NCBI GenBank assembly: GCA_951406725.2
Contig: OX597827.1
Span: forward strand, 82,832,001-82,896,000
Reading direction: 5' to 3'
Origin: Octopus vulgaris
Taxonomy: Eukaryota
DNA length: 64,000 nt
Of the stretch, positions 28,675 through 43,912 are shown one piece after another (positions within the stretch are counted from its first letter, which is position 1; every line of letters begins with the position of its first letter). The notes beneath the pieces were generated by a model. The model saw nothing but the letters and a program-made list of their open reading frames with translations. It was not told the origin of the DNA and made no database searches. Made by a program: the position numbers and the translations under genes.

Positions 28675-29200
28675 AGTGAGAGAGTAACAGATGCCATCAA
28701 AGTGATGCTGGAGTCCAAATATACAAAGCCTTTGTGAACACCTGACTGGTGAGGCTACACCTGGCACATACATCATGGTGATCTCATATTAAGATAAGCA
28801 TAATCTTGTAGGTGAATTTTTTTTTTTTTTTTTTGCTTTTCAGGTCAAGTAGCCCATCCCATTCAAAAGGTCTCTGAATAAGGTTTGTTTAAGGACGATG
28901 AACGAAACACCCATGTTTACAAAAGTGAATTATTCAAACCCCAAACAATCCCTCTCAAAACATGGCTTTGATGCTCCTCCACTACTTCTGCTTGTGATCA
29001 GAGATGCACATATCGTCAGCCACTAAAGGACATGTTCAACTGGTTACGGTCAAACAACTGACAAGCAAATCTGTGGTATTGGGCAGAATATTTGCTGTAG
29101 CTCATCTTTTTATACCAAGACAAAACAATGTTCATGATAACAGTTCCAATCAGTTAAGACCAGAAGCCATGAGAGCCACTGCCATACTGCATTAGGCTAT
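28675..29200. repeat. (TAA)n-associated interspersed repeat
   Basis: gagaga..atgccatcaaagtga..ctgg...gatctcatat..agataa; also at 30050-30257 and 63748-63890, always next to (TTA)n. Confidence 0.65.
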
Positions 29201-29204
29201 TCAT

Positions 29205-29895
29205 TATTATTATTATTATTTTTTTTTTCTCTTCTTTCAAATTTGCTTCCATTTCTTGCCGAGTGTCTTCCCGACTCCTAGGGCAAAGAAATTCATAGTA
29301 TACATTGGTAGGCCATTAAACCAAACTCAATAGTTCGTTCATTCTTTTTTTTTTTTTTTTTTAAGTTAAATTAAAATACATGAGCAGCAACAGTTCTCAC
29401 ATCGGCAATGCTCTTCTCAATACGTGTGATGTACCAGTTAAGACAATCTTTTGCACTTCTTGCAGGGATGGTAAGCCAGGGATCATTCTCATATAATTTT
29501 CGGTTCCCTTCTTGATCATTCCTAGTGCTCCTACGATCACTGGTATTGTAACCGCCTTGAGATGCCACATTTTCTCAATTTCAATGAGTAGGTCTTTATA
29601 TTTTCTGAGCTTGTCAAACTCTTTCGCTGAGATATTATGATCACAGGGGATGCTCATGTCGATCAATAAGCAAACTTTATTGTTTTGGTCTTTCACAACA
29701 ATATCTGGTTTATTGGCCTTGATGGTTCGGTCTGTATGTACAGGAAAGTCCCACAGAATGGTTACATTTTCTCCTTCAGTTACAGCCTCAGGGTGGTGAT
29801 TATACCACTTGTCGGCAGTTTTGATATTGTAATGTCGGCTTATTAGCCAGTGGAGATATTGGCCAACTCTGTCATGTCTTAATTTATACTCCACT
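29205..29895 (-). mobile_element. 5'-truncated R4/Dong-like non-LTR retrotransposon (restriction-like endonuclease + 3'UTR) in (TAA)n
   Basis: Uninterrupted YKLRHDRVG...ILWDFPVHTDRTIKANKPDIVV...LIDMSIP...DKLRKY...IPVIVGALG; TAA repeats on both sides. Confidence 0.85.
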
Positions 29896-29945
29896 GTATA
29901 ATTATTTTTATTATTATTATCATTAGTATTATTATTATTATTATT

Positions 29946-29977
<32 letters not shown>

Positions 29978-29978
29978 T

Positions 29979-30050
<72 letters not shown>

Positions 30051-30893
30051 GTGAGAGAGCAGTGCATGCCATCAAAGTGACACTGGGGTAAAATATACAA
30101 AGCCCAGTATACCCATCATGACTACCTGTCTGGTAAGGGTGCACCAGGCACATGCATCACAACCATATGTGCGCAACATGGTGATCTCATATCAAGATAA
30201 ACAGCACATGACCTTGCAGGTGGGGCCAGTTAGAATTTTCTTCTGGTCGAGTACCCATTATTATTATTATTATTACAAACTTCCCTGAATTTTAAATTAG
30301 AAAATTAATTAACAGCAACCAGATGAATGATGAATATATCACTTCAACTTTGTGTACACATCTTTATATGCATTTTCATACATTATCTCTGTCTATGCAT
30401 ACTTTGGCAAATATACACATCTGCACATGAGTTGGTATGTATTGGCGTGTACATATGTGTTCACATTCAGTTGTGTATGTACATAATTATGTGTTTATGT
30501 GGATATCCAAGTACATGTAAACGAGTGTAGATGTGTGTGTGTGTGTGTGTGTGTGTGTCTCCACATGCTTGTTCATATGTATATGTATGTACATATGTAG
30601 AAGTGTGTAGACACGTGCATGCGTGTGTGCACATTCAACTGTGTTTGTATGCATATATTTGTGCAGAAACGCATGTGTCTGAATACCTGTGTCCCTGTGC
30701 ATGTGTCTGCATCAGCAAATAATTGTCTGTGCATGTAACCACATGTGTGTTGTGCTCTCTTTTTCTGTGCATGATTTAATGCTATTCCCTCTCCATGTGA
30801 TATTTTATACGATGTTTATCAATAACTCTGCTTTCTTTCTCTGTTTCAGAATAACTGGAAATATTTACTCAACTTGCCATCTCCTTAGAGATA

Positions 30894-33290
30894 ATGACTT
30901 GCCACCAATACACACACTTTGTCTTCAGTTTACTTCCGGTGCTCTGCCTCTCTGTTGATATCATCTATCATGTCAAAGAGGAGAAGAGCTCAAACACATT
31001 TGTAGGGGACATTGCTAAAGATGCCCGTTTACACGACAGTGGCCACCAAGACAACCACAGAATGATAACATTCACGCAAATAGTAGGCCGGCTGACAACT
31101 TCACAGTTGTTTAATGTCACTCAGGGCGGGAAATTATTCACGACTCAGCGATTGGATGCTGAATCCCTTTGTACCTACAACTCTGACTGCTTCAGGATTA
31201 TCAAAGTTGTTGTGCATCGCATGAAAACCTTTATGAAAATTTTGAAAATTAAAGTAATAATAGAAGATATTAATGACCACAAACCTCAGTTTCCCAGTGA
31301 AATGATTGATCTGATGTTTTCAGAAACTGATGGCAAAGGAACAACAAAATCAATCCCAAATGCCATCGACAAAGATGTGGGGGCCCAAAATTCCCAAATC
31401 ATTTACCGACTGGAGAAAACGATAGACTTGCCATTTTCATTATCAGTTTCCAAAAGATTAGATGGGACTGCTAAACTAGACCTTGTTTTAGTAGGTAAAT
31501 TAGATAGAGAAAGCAAAGATCTTTACAATGTAGCAATCATAGCCACAGATGAAGGATTCCATCCAATGCTCAGTAAACTCAATGTTCAGATTACTATAAT
31601 GGATGCCAATGATAACCTACCGTCTTTCACACAAAGTATTTATAACATTTCAATCAGAAAAATTCATAAAAACGACAAACCTATTGTTACTTTATCTGCC
31701 ACAGATCAGGATTCTGGTAAAAATGGTCAGATCACTTACCACTTTAGTTCAAAAACTTATGACATTGCTAAAAATCACTTCCGGCTGAATTCAACTACAG
31801 GAGAGGTGACTTTACACGAGAAATTCCATTTTGATGATAAATCATCTTACAAGATTTTTGTTGAAGCCACAGATAAGGGGAGCCCAGCATTAAGTTCCCT
31901 GGCAATTTTGCAATTAAACATTATCAATCAGGAAAACAATCCCCCTTTAATTGATGTTGACTTTATTTTACGATCTTCAGAGAATGAAACAACTGTTGCG
32001 GAAGATGCTGATGCCGGCAGTTTCATTGCATATGTAATCGTCACTGATGATGATTTTGATAATAACGGCAAAGTGACCTGCAAACTTCAACATGAAAAGT
32101 TCAAACTCGTAAAATTACAAGAAAATGAATACAAAATCATAGTTCAGAAACGCGTAGATAGAGAAGTAAAAGAAAAACATGCAGTTACCATTACATGTGA
32201 AGATAAAGGCATTCCACCTTTAAGGACCCACAAGAATATGGTGATTGCAGTGTTGGACGTCAATGATGTAAAACCACAGTTCACAAAAAAAATATTTAAT
32301 TTTCTAACATATGAGAATGAAAAGCCTAATTTTCCAATTGGATTTATCAATGCTTCGGACCCTGATCTGGGCGATGGAGGGCGGTTGACATATTCTTTGA
32401 TCCCAGGAAAAACCAAATATAATTTACCATTTCACATAACTGACTATGGATTTATTTCAACTTCCAAAACATTGGACAGAGAACAACAAAACACTTATGA
32501 ATTCCTTGTTTTTGTTAAAGACAATGGAATACCATCGTTAAACAACACAGCCAATGTTATTGTCAAAGTTTTAGATGAAAATGACAATGCACCTTATTTT
32601 ACATTTCCCAGTGTCAATCCATTCAGACTTGATGTCCACTATCATCCACAAAGTAAGAATGACATCACAGTTCTGAGAGCATCAGACAGAGATAGTAAAA
32701 AAAATGCATTCCTCAAATATGAAATTCTGAGCGGAAATAATAAGCAGTTGTTTGCTGTTAATCCTTACACTGGTGTGTTGACTTTCTCTCGCACAGTTTA
32801 CCAAAATGATGCCGGATCATATGAACTGGAGTTTGCTGTGAAAGACAGCGGTACTCCAGTTCTGTCAGCAACAACTAGTGTGTCTTTGACACTGACTGTT
32901 AGTAACAAGACATCACTAATGTCAACTGCGGTACAATCACAATCAGATAACACAATAGATGTCACGTTTTTAATTATAATTGTTGCTGTAACAGTCATCG
33001 TCTCTGTTGCAATTGTAATTGCCATAACACTGTGCATTGTGAGATGTAACAATGTGAGGAATGGCTCTGTGAGAAGAACGGAAGATAAGCAAACGTACCA
33101 ATCAAGAAATGAAATTGGGCAGCTGATCTATCAGACAAACAGTCCAGTTGTTTTGAAAGGAAACCAGGAAGAAATAATACATAGAAATACTTCATCAATG
33201 AGATCCCAGAATCAGTTTTGTCCAGAAGAAGGATTAGAAAAAGAGTGGCAAACAACAGCCATGATAAGAGCTCTGCCGCCAAACACTCAG
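30894..33290 (+). CDS. Protocadherin, main coding exon (signal peptide, 6 cadherin repeats, TM helix, proximal cytoplasmic tail; 799 codons)
   Basis: Repeat-closing motifs DINDHKPQF, DANDNLPSF, NQENNPP, DVNDVKPQF, DENDNAPYF; LDRE/VDRE and A-x-D-x-D motifs; EC1 C-x5-C (CTYNSDC); TM FLIIIVAVTVIVSVAIVIAITLCIV. Acceptor ctttctttctctgtttcag|A at 30849/30850. Phase-0 donor CAG|GTAAGA at 33290/33291, so the ORF's terminal VRSKKY is probably intron read-through. Confidence 0.95.
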
Positions 33291-34323
33291 GTAAGAAGCA
33301 AGAAATACTGATCTCACTCAGGATATCAAACAATTTAAACCAATAAAAAAATTAAACCATTATCAGTAACGATTAATTCAGTAATTATAATTATTTGGGA
33401 GAATGGAATAGGAATTTTTAACAGGCATTCTTTTTCTTCGTCAATACTGACAGGACTAGAGTGAAATAATGTGTACATGACTGTGTAGATATATGTTTTA
33501 ATGTGTAAATATACACACGTGCAAAATGTGTCAGAATGTGTGTGTGTAAATGTTTGTGGGGTGAGTGCAAAATATGTATGAAGAAATGTGTGTGTGTGTG
33601 TGTGTTGATGTGCATGTGATACAGTGTTTGTGCATGTGTTAGTGAATATCGGGAGAATGTGTGTGTTTGTACAAGTGCATGTTGCTATTATGCACACCAC
33701 AGAGGCCATCAGCAACTTCAAACAGTTCAATCCCTGTTAATCTCCAACAACAACAACAACAATCCCTCTGTCAAATATTGAACTCCAGTTTCTGTAGCAT
33801 TAAGTGGGTGAGACGAATACCTTTTCCCTGGCAGAGACACTAGTCTACTACAAGAAAGCATTCTATCTCTTATATTCCCAATAACAATGAAGTGTGTTGC
33901 CCAGAGACAGCAGATTAATAGGAGAGGAATTTGAACTGGGCAACCACCAGTTTGGTAAGCAGTCTGCTACCTCGGCTCTCCAGTCACAAGACATTTTACT
34001 TCAAACAGCATTTAACTTAAATATTTTATCACAATACCCAATGGCAATTATGGCCATTCCAGATTTTACATTGGAATTACCAGAACACACTGTTATTGTT
34101 GCTAAAGTCACTGGGTAAGAAAACATTTTTATTCATATACTATTCTACACCAAATTCATTGGAGAATTTTATTGAATGTCTCGTGATATGCTCCATTTTT
34201 AATATCATCTTTGCCTTTCATCCATCCAGTGTCAATTAAATAAATAAGTCAGAAATGAAGCAGGCTTCAATAAATAAAACTCCTAACTCTAAAATAGGTG
34301 ATCTTGTACTTAGCTTGGGAACA

Positions 34324-34953
<630 letters not shown>

Positions 34954-35554
34954 TGAAGGTGGTGGGTAGCAGAGTTGTCAGAGTGAGACACATCAGTTTT
35001 ATATTATATAGCTATAGCCTTTTTTATAGTCTGAGTTCAAATGCCATCAGTTTCACTTTCCCCTTCCATCTATTTGTGGTTGATAATATAAGCCTCAGGC
35101 AAGTCCTGCAAGTTCGTGGGATCAACTGTCATCCTCTCACAAAATCTCTGGCCTTGTATCTCTTGACAACACAGAAATATAGGTTCTGCTGATAACAAGA
35201 AAAAGTCTGCTGTGACAATGTATATTTTTCAAGTTGTTGTTGTTGTTGCTGTTGTTGTTGTTGTTGTTGCTGCTGTTGTTGCTGTTTAGCCCTATGTCAG
35301 CCCTAATTGAGCAGGGTGATGATCAAATAAATTTCAACCATGGTCATCCATTTCTTTCTTAAGCATAATGCACCTAGGACCCTTTATCTAATGTGTCCTA
35401 ATTTTCTTAAATGGTAGCAGGGAATTTGAAAGAAATTGGCTGCTATTTCTAGCAGGCTCACTGACTGCATAGAGGTAATTTTTGCGACGTGTATTTGTTT
35501 GTGTTTGAAACATATAATCTTGCAGTGTAGCAGGGACATCAAATATGCACACCA

Positions 35555-35810
35555 GTACAACCTTATTGCAACCCCTATGTGTTCCATGTACTTCTCAAGA
35601 TTTTTGCTCGCTGTTCCCAGGGCTCCAACAATAATTGGTACTACTACCACCTTTTACATCAACCACAACTGCTTAACCTCCCAAGCTAACCTATCATATT
35701 TATCGACTTTTCTTTCTTCCTTATCGCATACCTTGTTGTCAGCTGGGCATGCTATATCTATGATCCAGCATAGCTTGCTTTCTTTCTCAATTAAGATATG
35801 TTATATCTAG
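35555..35810 (-). mobile_element. R4/Dong-like endonuclease fragment
   Basis: VVVPIIVGALGTASKNLEKYMEHIG. Confidence 0.7.
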
Positions 35811-36451
35811 AAATCTCCAGACAATAACCATTCTCAGCTTAGAACCAAAGTTGAGCAGATTTATGACAAGAAGTCCAAAACCTGTAGAATATTTGATCCT
35901 CATTCCATGCCATGTTGCCAAGAATACACAGAGTATTTGATTATCTTTGGTATTGTTTGAAATATATTATAACATTGAACTCACTGTTGGTTGTCGTAAA
36001 AGAACTAAACTTAATTTTGTGAGCAATTTTTGGACAAAAGATTTCAAAAACCAATTTGCATGTTACTGAAAGAGAAGAACTCTGGTAGCTTTGTATAATT
36101 GCAAAGCTGAGATAAATGGAATTCACCATGAATACTTTCAGTGTCTTCTACTATAGCCTTGGACCGACCAAAGCCTTGCCAGTGGATTTGGTAGATGGAA
36201 ACTGAAAGAAGCCTGTCCCATGTGTGTGTGTGTGTGTGTGTGTGTCCAACATTGCTTGACAACTGATGCTGGTGTGTCAATTTGTGCGACTAAAGGCGGT
36301 GCTCCAGCATGGCCACAGTCAAAATGACTCGTATAAGTAAAAGAAAAGAAAGAAAAAACATGAAATTTTTATCACAAAGATTAATGAAGTCTGTCTCCTA
36401 GGTTACAGTTTATATTTTATTTAAATATAAATACAGATTTGCTTTTAATGT

Positions 36452-36846
36452 TGGCACGTAAAAAGCATCATCCAAGCATGGTCGATGCCAGTTACCTCCA
36501 CCCATGACTGGCTCCTGCACTGGTGGCACATAAAAAACACCATTCAAACATGGTCAATGCCAGTCCTCCCCACCAACTGGCTCCTGTGCCAGTGGCATGT
36601 AAAAAGCACCATCTGAACGTGGTTGAAGGCAGTTCTGCCTGACTGGCCCCCATGTTGGTGGCATGTAAAAGGCACCCACTACACTCTCACAGTGGTTGGC
36701 ATTAGGAAGGGCATCCAGCAGTAGAAACCTTGCCGGATCAGACTGGAGCCTGGTGCAGCCCACTGACTTGCCAGTCCCCAGTCAAACTGTCCAAACCATG
36801 CCAGCATGGAAAACAGATGTTAAACGATGATGATGATGATGATGAT
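36452..36846 (+). mobile_element. Same RTE-tailed repeat
   Basis: Internal tggcacgtaaaaagcacc subrepeats and (GAT)n tail. Confidence 0.75.
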
Positions 36847-37365
36847 CCCATGTTGATATACGTGTAAAAACTTAATAAGGACTCTGGGGCATTTTGAAGT
36901 TGACCTCTGTATTTCACCAGAGTGTCATTTTATTAAGCCTGAAAGGTCAAAGGGCAAAGGTTCTCCAGTGGGCATTCACCCTTTCATTACGATATTCATT
37001 GACCTTTGTTTCACTTGACCTTTGTTTCACTTGATTTTTAAAATAATGAAGAATTTAGTAAAAGAACATCATTAATTAACTGGGACACAAATTAACATAA
37101 AATTTTAACGAAAAGTTTGACTTTGGATCAGTTTAGAGTAGAAAGTTGGTAGAAGCAGGGTTGATCGGGGGGTGGTTGTATCAAAAGGGTTCAACTCATC
37201 AGAACAGCATGAAACACTTTGGTTGATGCTCTACCAATTCTACAACAATTATGATTTGCTGTAATTTACTGTGGTTGATTAAAAGAACAATAAAAAGAAT
37301 TAATTAAATTAAATTAAATCACTCCTCAGATTTTGTATCTCAAATCACATTTAAGGCTTCACACA

Positions 37366-37712
37366 CACTCTCTCTCTCCTTCTCTCACCTTCTCCCTCTC
37401 TCCTACTCACTCTCCACTTCTCTCTCTATCTCTCTCCCTTTCTCTCTCCTTCTCTCTCCTTCTCTCTCCTTCTCTCTCCTTCTCTCTCCTTCTCTCTCCT
37501 TCTCTCTCCTTCTCTCTCTCCCTCTCTCTCCCTTTCTCTCTCCTTCTCTCTCTCCCTCTCTCTCCCTTTCTCTCTCCTTCTCTCTCATTCTCTCTCTCTC
37601 CTTCTCCCTCCTTCTTCTCCTCTCTCCCTCTCTCTCTTTCTCTCTCCTTCTCTCTCCTTCTCTCTCTCCATCTCTCTCCCTCTCTCTCCCTTTCTCTCTC
37701 CTTCTCTCTCTC
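37366..37712. repeat. Polypyrimidine (TCTCTCTCCT)-type repeat
   Basis: Direct inspection. Confidence 0.9.
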
Positions 37713-38068
37713 CACTCTTGCTTAGATAAATTGCAATTAATTAAGCTCTCTCAAATGACATATGATATAACAAAAGATCTCCCAGTGATCTACCACCTCC
37801 CATTCTTTCATTGGATTGTAGAAATAATAATGGTAATAATTGCTTCTAATTTAGGCTCGAAGGCTCACAGTCTTAGGGCTACAGGTTTAATTGATTGCAG
37901 CGACCCCAGTATGTGACTGGTATCCTGGATTATTGATTCAAGGCAGAGGAAAGACAAAGTTGGTCTCAGAAGGAAGGACTTGAACTAAAAACATAAAGAG
38001 CTAGAACAAATACTGCCAGGCATTCTAGAGATATAGGCAGACTGACAGACTGACAGACAGGTGGACGA

Positions 38069-38099
<31 letters not shown>

Positions 38100-38299
38100 A
38101 ACAGATAGAAAGACAGACAGAAAGACACATACATACATACATACATACATACATACATACATACATACATACATACATACATACATAACATACATACATA
38201 CATAGGTGCTTTTTACATGGCACCATAATAATAATAATAATAATAATGTTTTCAAATTTTGGCACAGGGCAAGCAATTAATTATATAACAATGATAATG

Positions 38300-38475
38300 A
38301 TTTTGAGAATGCAATCAGTAGAGGTCGTGTCTATAATAATTGGTGTGCTGGGAACAGCAAACCAAGATGGAGGCAAATGACTGAAGGAGATTAGAATAGA
38401 ATGCCCAGTAGAGCTCCTCCTACAAATAGTTTGTCTCTTGGGGACAGCAAGGATTATCAGGAGGGTCATCATTGC
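38300..38475 (+). mobile_element. R4/Dong-like endonuclease C-terminal fragment
   Basis: VEVVSIIIGVLGT...LQIVCLLGTARIIRRVI, with an internal stop. Confidence 0.6.
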
Positions 38476-38937
38476 TTGGAACTGCAAGAGTTCTTTACAG
38501 GGTTCTTGAAGCATGACCATTAAGCAAGTGTCACCCTAGTCTGCTGAGTGTGGACAGCCAACACTTTCCGTTATAACCAGCAAAATAAGCTGAGGGTTCC
38601 CAACAAATAGTAATAATGGTTTCAAATTTTAGCGCAAGGCCAGCAAGTTCTGAACCCCAGAACTTAACTGGTACTTCTTTTGTAGACCCCAAAAAGATGA
38701 AAGGCAAAGTTGACCACAGCAGAATTTGAACTCATTATTATTATTATTATTTTTATTATTATAGTAATAATGATAATGATGATAATGATAATGATGATGA
38801 TAATTATAGTAATAATAATAATAATAACAATAGTAATAATAATAGTAATAATCATGATGATGATAATGATAATGGTAATAATAATGATGATGATGATGAT
38901 AATGATGATAATGATAATAGTAATAATAATAATAACA

Positions 38938-38984
<47 letters not shown>

Positions 38985-39330
38985 CTTTTTTTTTTCTAAC
39001 CTAGGCACAAGGCCACAACTTTTGTGAAGAGACTCTAGTTGATCAGATGGATGGTCAGTATTTGACTGGCACTTATTATCTGAACCCTTGAGGGATGAAA
39101 GACAAAGTTGAACCTCCTCAGCAGGATTTGAACTCAGAACATAAAGAGACCTAACTAAATACCTCATAATCGACATAATCCTGAGAAAGTGACAGTACTT
39201 GAGTGATAAAGAGATATTATGGGAAAACGGTCTGATGTAGTTCTAAAGACTCTAAGAACCTAAAGTCTGGTTGTTTTGGCTCACAGAAAAAGGTATTCAT
39301 TAGTTCTGTCGAAGAACATTTCGTCTGTTA

Positions 39331-39701
39331 TCTTTTATTTGTTCCAGTCATTAGGCTGCGACCATGCTGGGGCACTGCCTTGAGGAATTTCAGTTGAATA
39401 AATTCACCCCTTTACTTATTTTGTTTTAAACTTGATACTTACTCTATCAGTCCTTTTTGCCAAATGGCTAAGTTACAGGGATGTAAACAAACCAACACCA
39501 GTTGTCAAGTATTGATGGGGGACAAACACAGACACAAAGACACACGTATATACATAACAGGCTTCTTTCAGTTTCCACTCAAAATTTTTGGTTGGCCCAA
39601 GGCTACAGTAGAAAATACTTGCCCAAAGTACCACAGAGTGTGACTGAACCCAGAGCCATGTGGCTGAGAAGTCAAACTTCCTACCACACAGCCATGCCTG
39701 C
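39331..39701 (-). mobile_element. tRNA-derived SINE (family 1)
   Basis: Reverse-complement homology to 229-700 from head to tail. Confidence 0.8.
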
Positions 39702-40469
39702 AGCTTATGTATATCTCAATAATTGTAAAATGGATGCTAATAAGATATAAGGAGCGAGGAGATATTAATTACATTCAAGTGAGGGGAAAGAGATCATTAA
39801 CTTATTGATTAATTGTGATCAAGAGAAATCCACTGCATGCTATTTTTATAATTAATTTAAATCAAATTCTTGCCCTGCAGGATTTTTTTTCTTTTTTTTT
39901 TGACCAGAAATGAAAGTTAATGTTTTTCATTTCCTAACTAACTCTGGGAGTAATTTTAGTTTTATCACCATTTCTTGGTTTTACTGTTTTAAGTATGCTA
40001 GCACCCACTTAACTATCTATTTTACATGCAGCAGGTGTCCCTGGGTATGCTCATTCCTGTTACTGTTACACCACAATAACTTGTGGTTAAAACACATTAA
40101 GACATGGAATTGTGACAACCAAAAGATCTGTTTCAATCTCTATTTGGGCCTAATTCAGTTTCTGTCCACTTTTGGTGGTAAAGAATATACAGTGACCAGA
40201 ACTGAGCCTAAATGAGAAGCCAGGAATTAGATTTGTCATTCTTTGTTGTGAGACATCATTTCTAGAGGTGATAATACAATATACTTGCAGAGAATAATGA
40301 TGTGTGTGTGTGTGTGTGTGTGATTGTAGTAAAGAAAGCCTAGATAATCAGCAACTCTATGTATTTAGCTATTTCACACTCACTCACCCCACCTCTCTCT
40401 TGCTCTCCCTCTCTCTCTCTCTGTCTATCTATCTATCTATCTATCTATCTATATTTATTTATCTATCTA

Positions 40470-40561
<92 letters not shown>

Positions 40562-43500
40562 GTCTTGCTGTCTGTCTATCCATCCATCTATTTATTTATC
40601 TATCTATCTATCTATTTTTCTGTCTGTCTAGCTGTCTATCCATCTGTCAGCCAGTCTATCTTGGTCAAAAGAGACAGGGCAACATCTAAGACCTTTGTGA
40701 GCTTTCAAGCAAAAAAAGGCCTGAGCGGGGTGGGGGGGCTGAAAAGAGAAGGAATGGGTGTGTCATGGGAGTGGGATGCAGCCATTTCAAAAGAACAAAG
40801 GCTGTTATTATATGGAAGCTGTTGAGTGAAGAAACAGCAGACATTGTCGGTTAGTGGAGCATCATAGGGAGTTGGTGGGTAAGAATTTGCAAATGAGCCA
40901 TAAAACATTGTACCTGCATTGGTATGTGTGTTTGTGTATGTGTGTGTGTAAGAGCCATACTTTAGATGTAGGTCATAATGATCCACAGTGTGTATAGCCT
41001 TCAGTCACCCTTCAGTCCAACTGCCTCCTTCTTCCATCCATAGCCTTGCTAACTGTGTGACTCATGTCAATATTAGTCTGGGTCATGTGCACAGTAAGCA
41101 TCTCACAAGAGCCATACGTCTCTCCTTTCCTTTGATAGTACATCTGACAACTGTTCTCTCTTGCTTTCAAACTCAAACTGATTGGGTATGGATTAGCTTT
41201 GAAATCAATATACACATACAGAAGTTAGCTGTACCGGTTGGGGAAGCCATTCCCTATGATGGTGCTATAACTCCTTGCTGTTCATTCAAAAAGGTTTTAA
41301 AATCCCAACACTGGATCACTTGATTTCCTCACACAATTAATACCTAATTTGCATACTTTTGTGAAGTGAATGATTTTCCATTAAAAGTACTCAATGTAGA
41401 AACTTATTTCAGAAAGTTTTCAAGAAAAATTGAAGTTTTTTTTTTTTTCTAAACACAATTTGAAAGTACAACAATAGTTTGACTTGGAATTCTGGAGACT
41501 AGAAATATTGTAATCATCATCATCATCATCATCAGTGCTTTCTACGTGGCACTAGCACCAATGTTTTGTATGTGGTGCCAGCACCAACAGGGAGGAGCAG
41601 AGTCGTACTGAAGGGGTGGGGCTTTGTGCCATGTATGTGTATGTGTGCGTGTGGTATAAGTGTCAGAGCAAATATGATTACACCAGTTTTGCGTAAACTC
41701 TGCTGAAACAGAATTGAAAATGTTTGCTTCAACTCTTTCTTAATCTTTTGTTGTTCTTCCAAAATTTTGAAAATTGTTTTCACGTTTTCAAAACCAAAAA
41801 AAGAATGAAACAAGAAATGTATAAATAATACGGAAAATATCTTCATTAAAGTACGAATTCCTGTTAACAGAATAATGTTTTTCTTTTTTTCTTCAAATTT
41901 TCCTCAAATAATTTTTTAAATTATTTGAAAGAGCGACAGTTTGGCTCAAATTATCAGCTTCACCTGCCTCGCAAACATATTGTAAGTATGTTTGTGTGTA
42001 TGCAGTACATATGCCAGAACAAACATTTTTGTACCAATTATAGTTATACCAATATAAATGCAAATATTTTGACAGTTAATCCTCGAGCTTTCTCTCATGT
42101 CACCATTAAGAGCCAAACTTACATGAGTTCGTAAAAATCTTTTTGTTATTCATTTATTTCCTAACGAAACTCAAAGCAACCACATGGAAATTATAGTTCA
42201 ACTTTGAATTCTAGTAACATCTGCCTTGCGAAAACATACAATATATTAATATGCCATACAAGTATCAGAATAAATGTCTTTGTGTCAATTACAGCAATAC
42301 AAACATGAAAAAAAGAGTCTCTGACTCTTAAACCTGCTCAGATCTTGTACAAAGAAAATTAAGTTGTGCAGGAATTTGTCAAAGGCCAAGTTCAGAACTT
42401 TATATCCACAGTAGTGGGTAGGTGGTCCATCAGTGGTGCCAAAACCTTTTACTGTTGATGATAAGATGAAAAAGTATATAATGAGAAAATATCAGGAAAA
42501 TAGAGTGGGGAGGATTTAAAAAGTGTCTGACTTTTAAGTCGACCCAATTTTATGTTACAAATCAGGTTTCTCTGCCGAAATTCCTTTGGTTATCATCCAA
42601 TAACAAACTATTCAGATTAGTAATTGAAGAACATGTAGAGTTTAAGATTCTGCCATAAATACTGTAAACACAAACCAACACCAAAACCATAAGGAGAGAT
42701 ATATTGCTCTTGAAATAAGTTGAGCATAAATTCATTTAATGACACGGTTCAATTAACCTAGTTCTCATTCTTTAATCTCCTTACCCCTACTACAAGTGAC
42801 CCTAACCCTAACCCTACTACAAGTGGACCATCAGCCTGACAGTAACCCAAGTAATCGTCCCCTTGCAATTGCAATTACTTTGCAGCTTTCAGCTGTGTAT
42901 GAATTCCTTTTATAGAAAGTGAGGGTTGGGGTATTAGATGGGGGGGTGTAGGGGATGCTGTCTGGTCCAGTTGGAAAAAGCTAGGTTGCCATTTCTCCAT
43001 GGAAGTCTTAGAGGATATTTTCAAGGTTTTTCTTCATAGAAACAATGTTTGGCAGCTGAGAGGTCTTTAGGTTGTGTGGGAAAGAGACTAGCAGGTATGA
43101 GATTATGAATAACTGGATAATGGTGTTGGTTACATAGAAATAGCAGAAAATAGGTCAAAGAGGCAGGTATATTAATAGAACAGAAAGTTTTAGAAAAATA
43201 AATGGCAAGAATTTGAGTCATGGATGCAGCATCAACCCTCATAATTATGGAGACTTTGGAAATGATGAAAACTAAAAGGTTTTATAAAAAAAAAACTATC
43301 CAAACAATAACAATTATCAAATCCAAAAGCTGCATAAAATTGTTCTTTTAGGGAACAGTGACCCCCTCAGAAAGAATCTGTTCCTGGAAGAAAAATAACC
43401 AGACAAAAGTAAATTAAATAACATCAAAAAGTATCTTTTCCAGAACACACACACACACACACATACAAACATGGTGGTGGTGGTGATGATGAGGAAGAGG

Positions 43501-43875
43501 AAGATGACGACGATGATGATGACAACAAGGATGATTTAAATCTCAAAGAACCTTAATTAATACCCAATTCAGCAAAAGAAACCTGATATAATGAGTAAAG
43601 TAAAAAAAAAAGAGACAAATGACAAACTTTAAGACAATAAAACAAAAAAAGTTAAGTTTTCTCTTAAACAGCAATTTTTTTTTTTAAAAAAAGGACAAAA
43701 AGTTAACAAAATGTTGGCATCAAGGATTTAGTTCCATCTTATCACTTGGCCACAACTGAGAGATCAAACGTTCTGAAATACTGTAGTAAAAGACATAGAA
43801 AATCTTCTTCTTCTTTTTCTTCTTCTTTTTCTTCTTCTTCTCCTCCTCCTCCTTCTCCTCCTCCTCCTCCTCCTC

Positions 43876-43912
<37 letters not shown>

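Noticed and set aside
33291-33311. ORF-track C-terminus VRSKKY of the protocadherin
   Set aside because: Begins at a consensus donor (CAG|GTAAGA), and a phase-compatible downstream exon exists.
42799-42815. Telomere-like CCCTAA repeats
   Set aside because: Only about 2.5 units; not a telomere or meaningful interstitial array.
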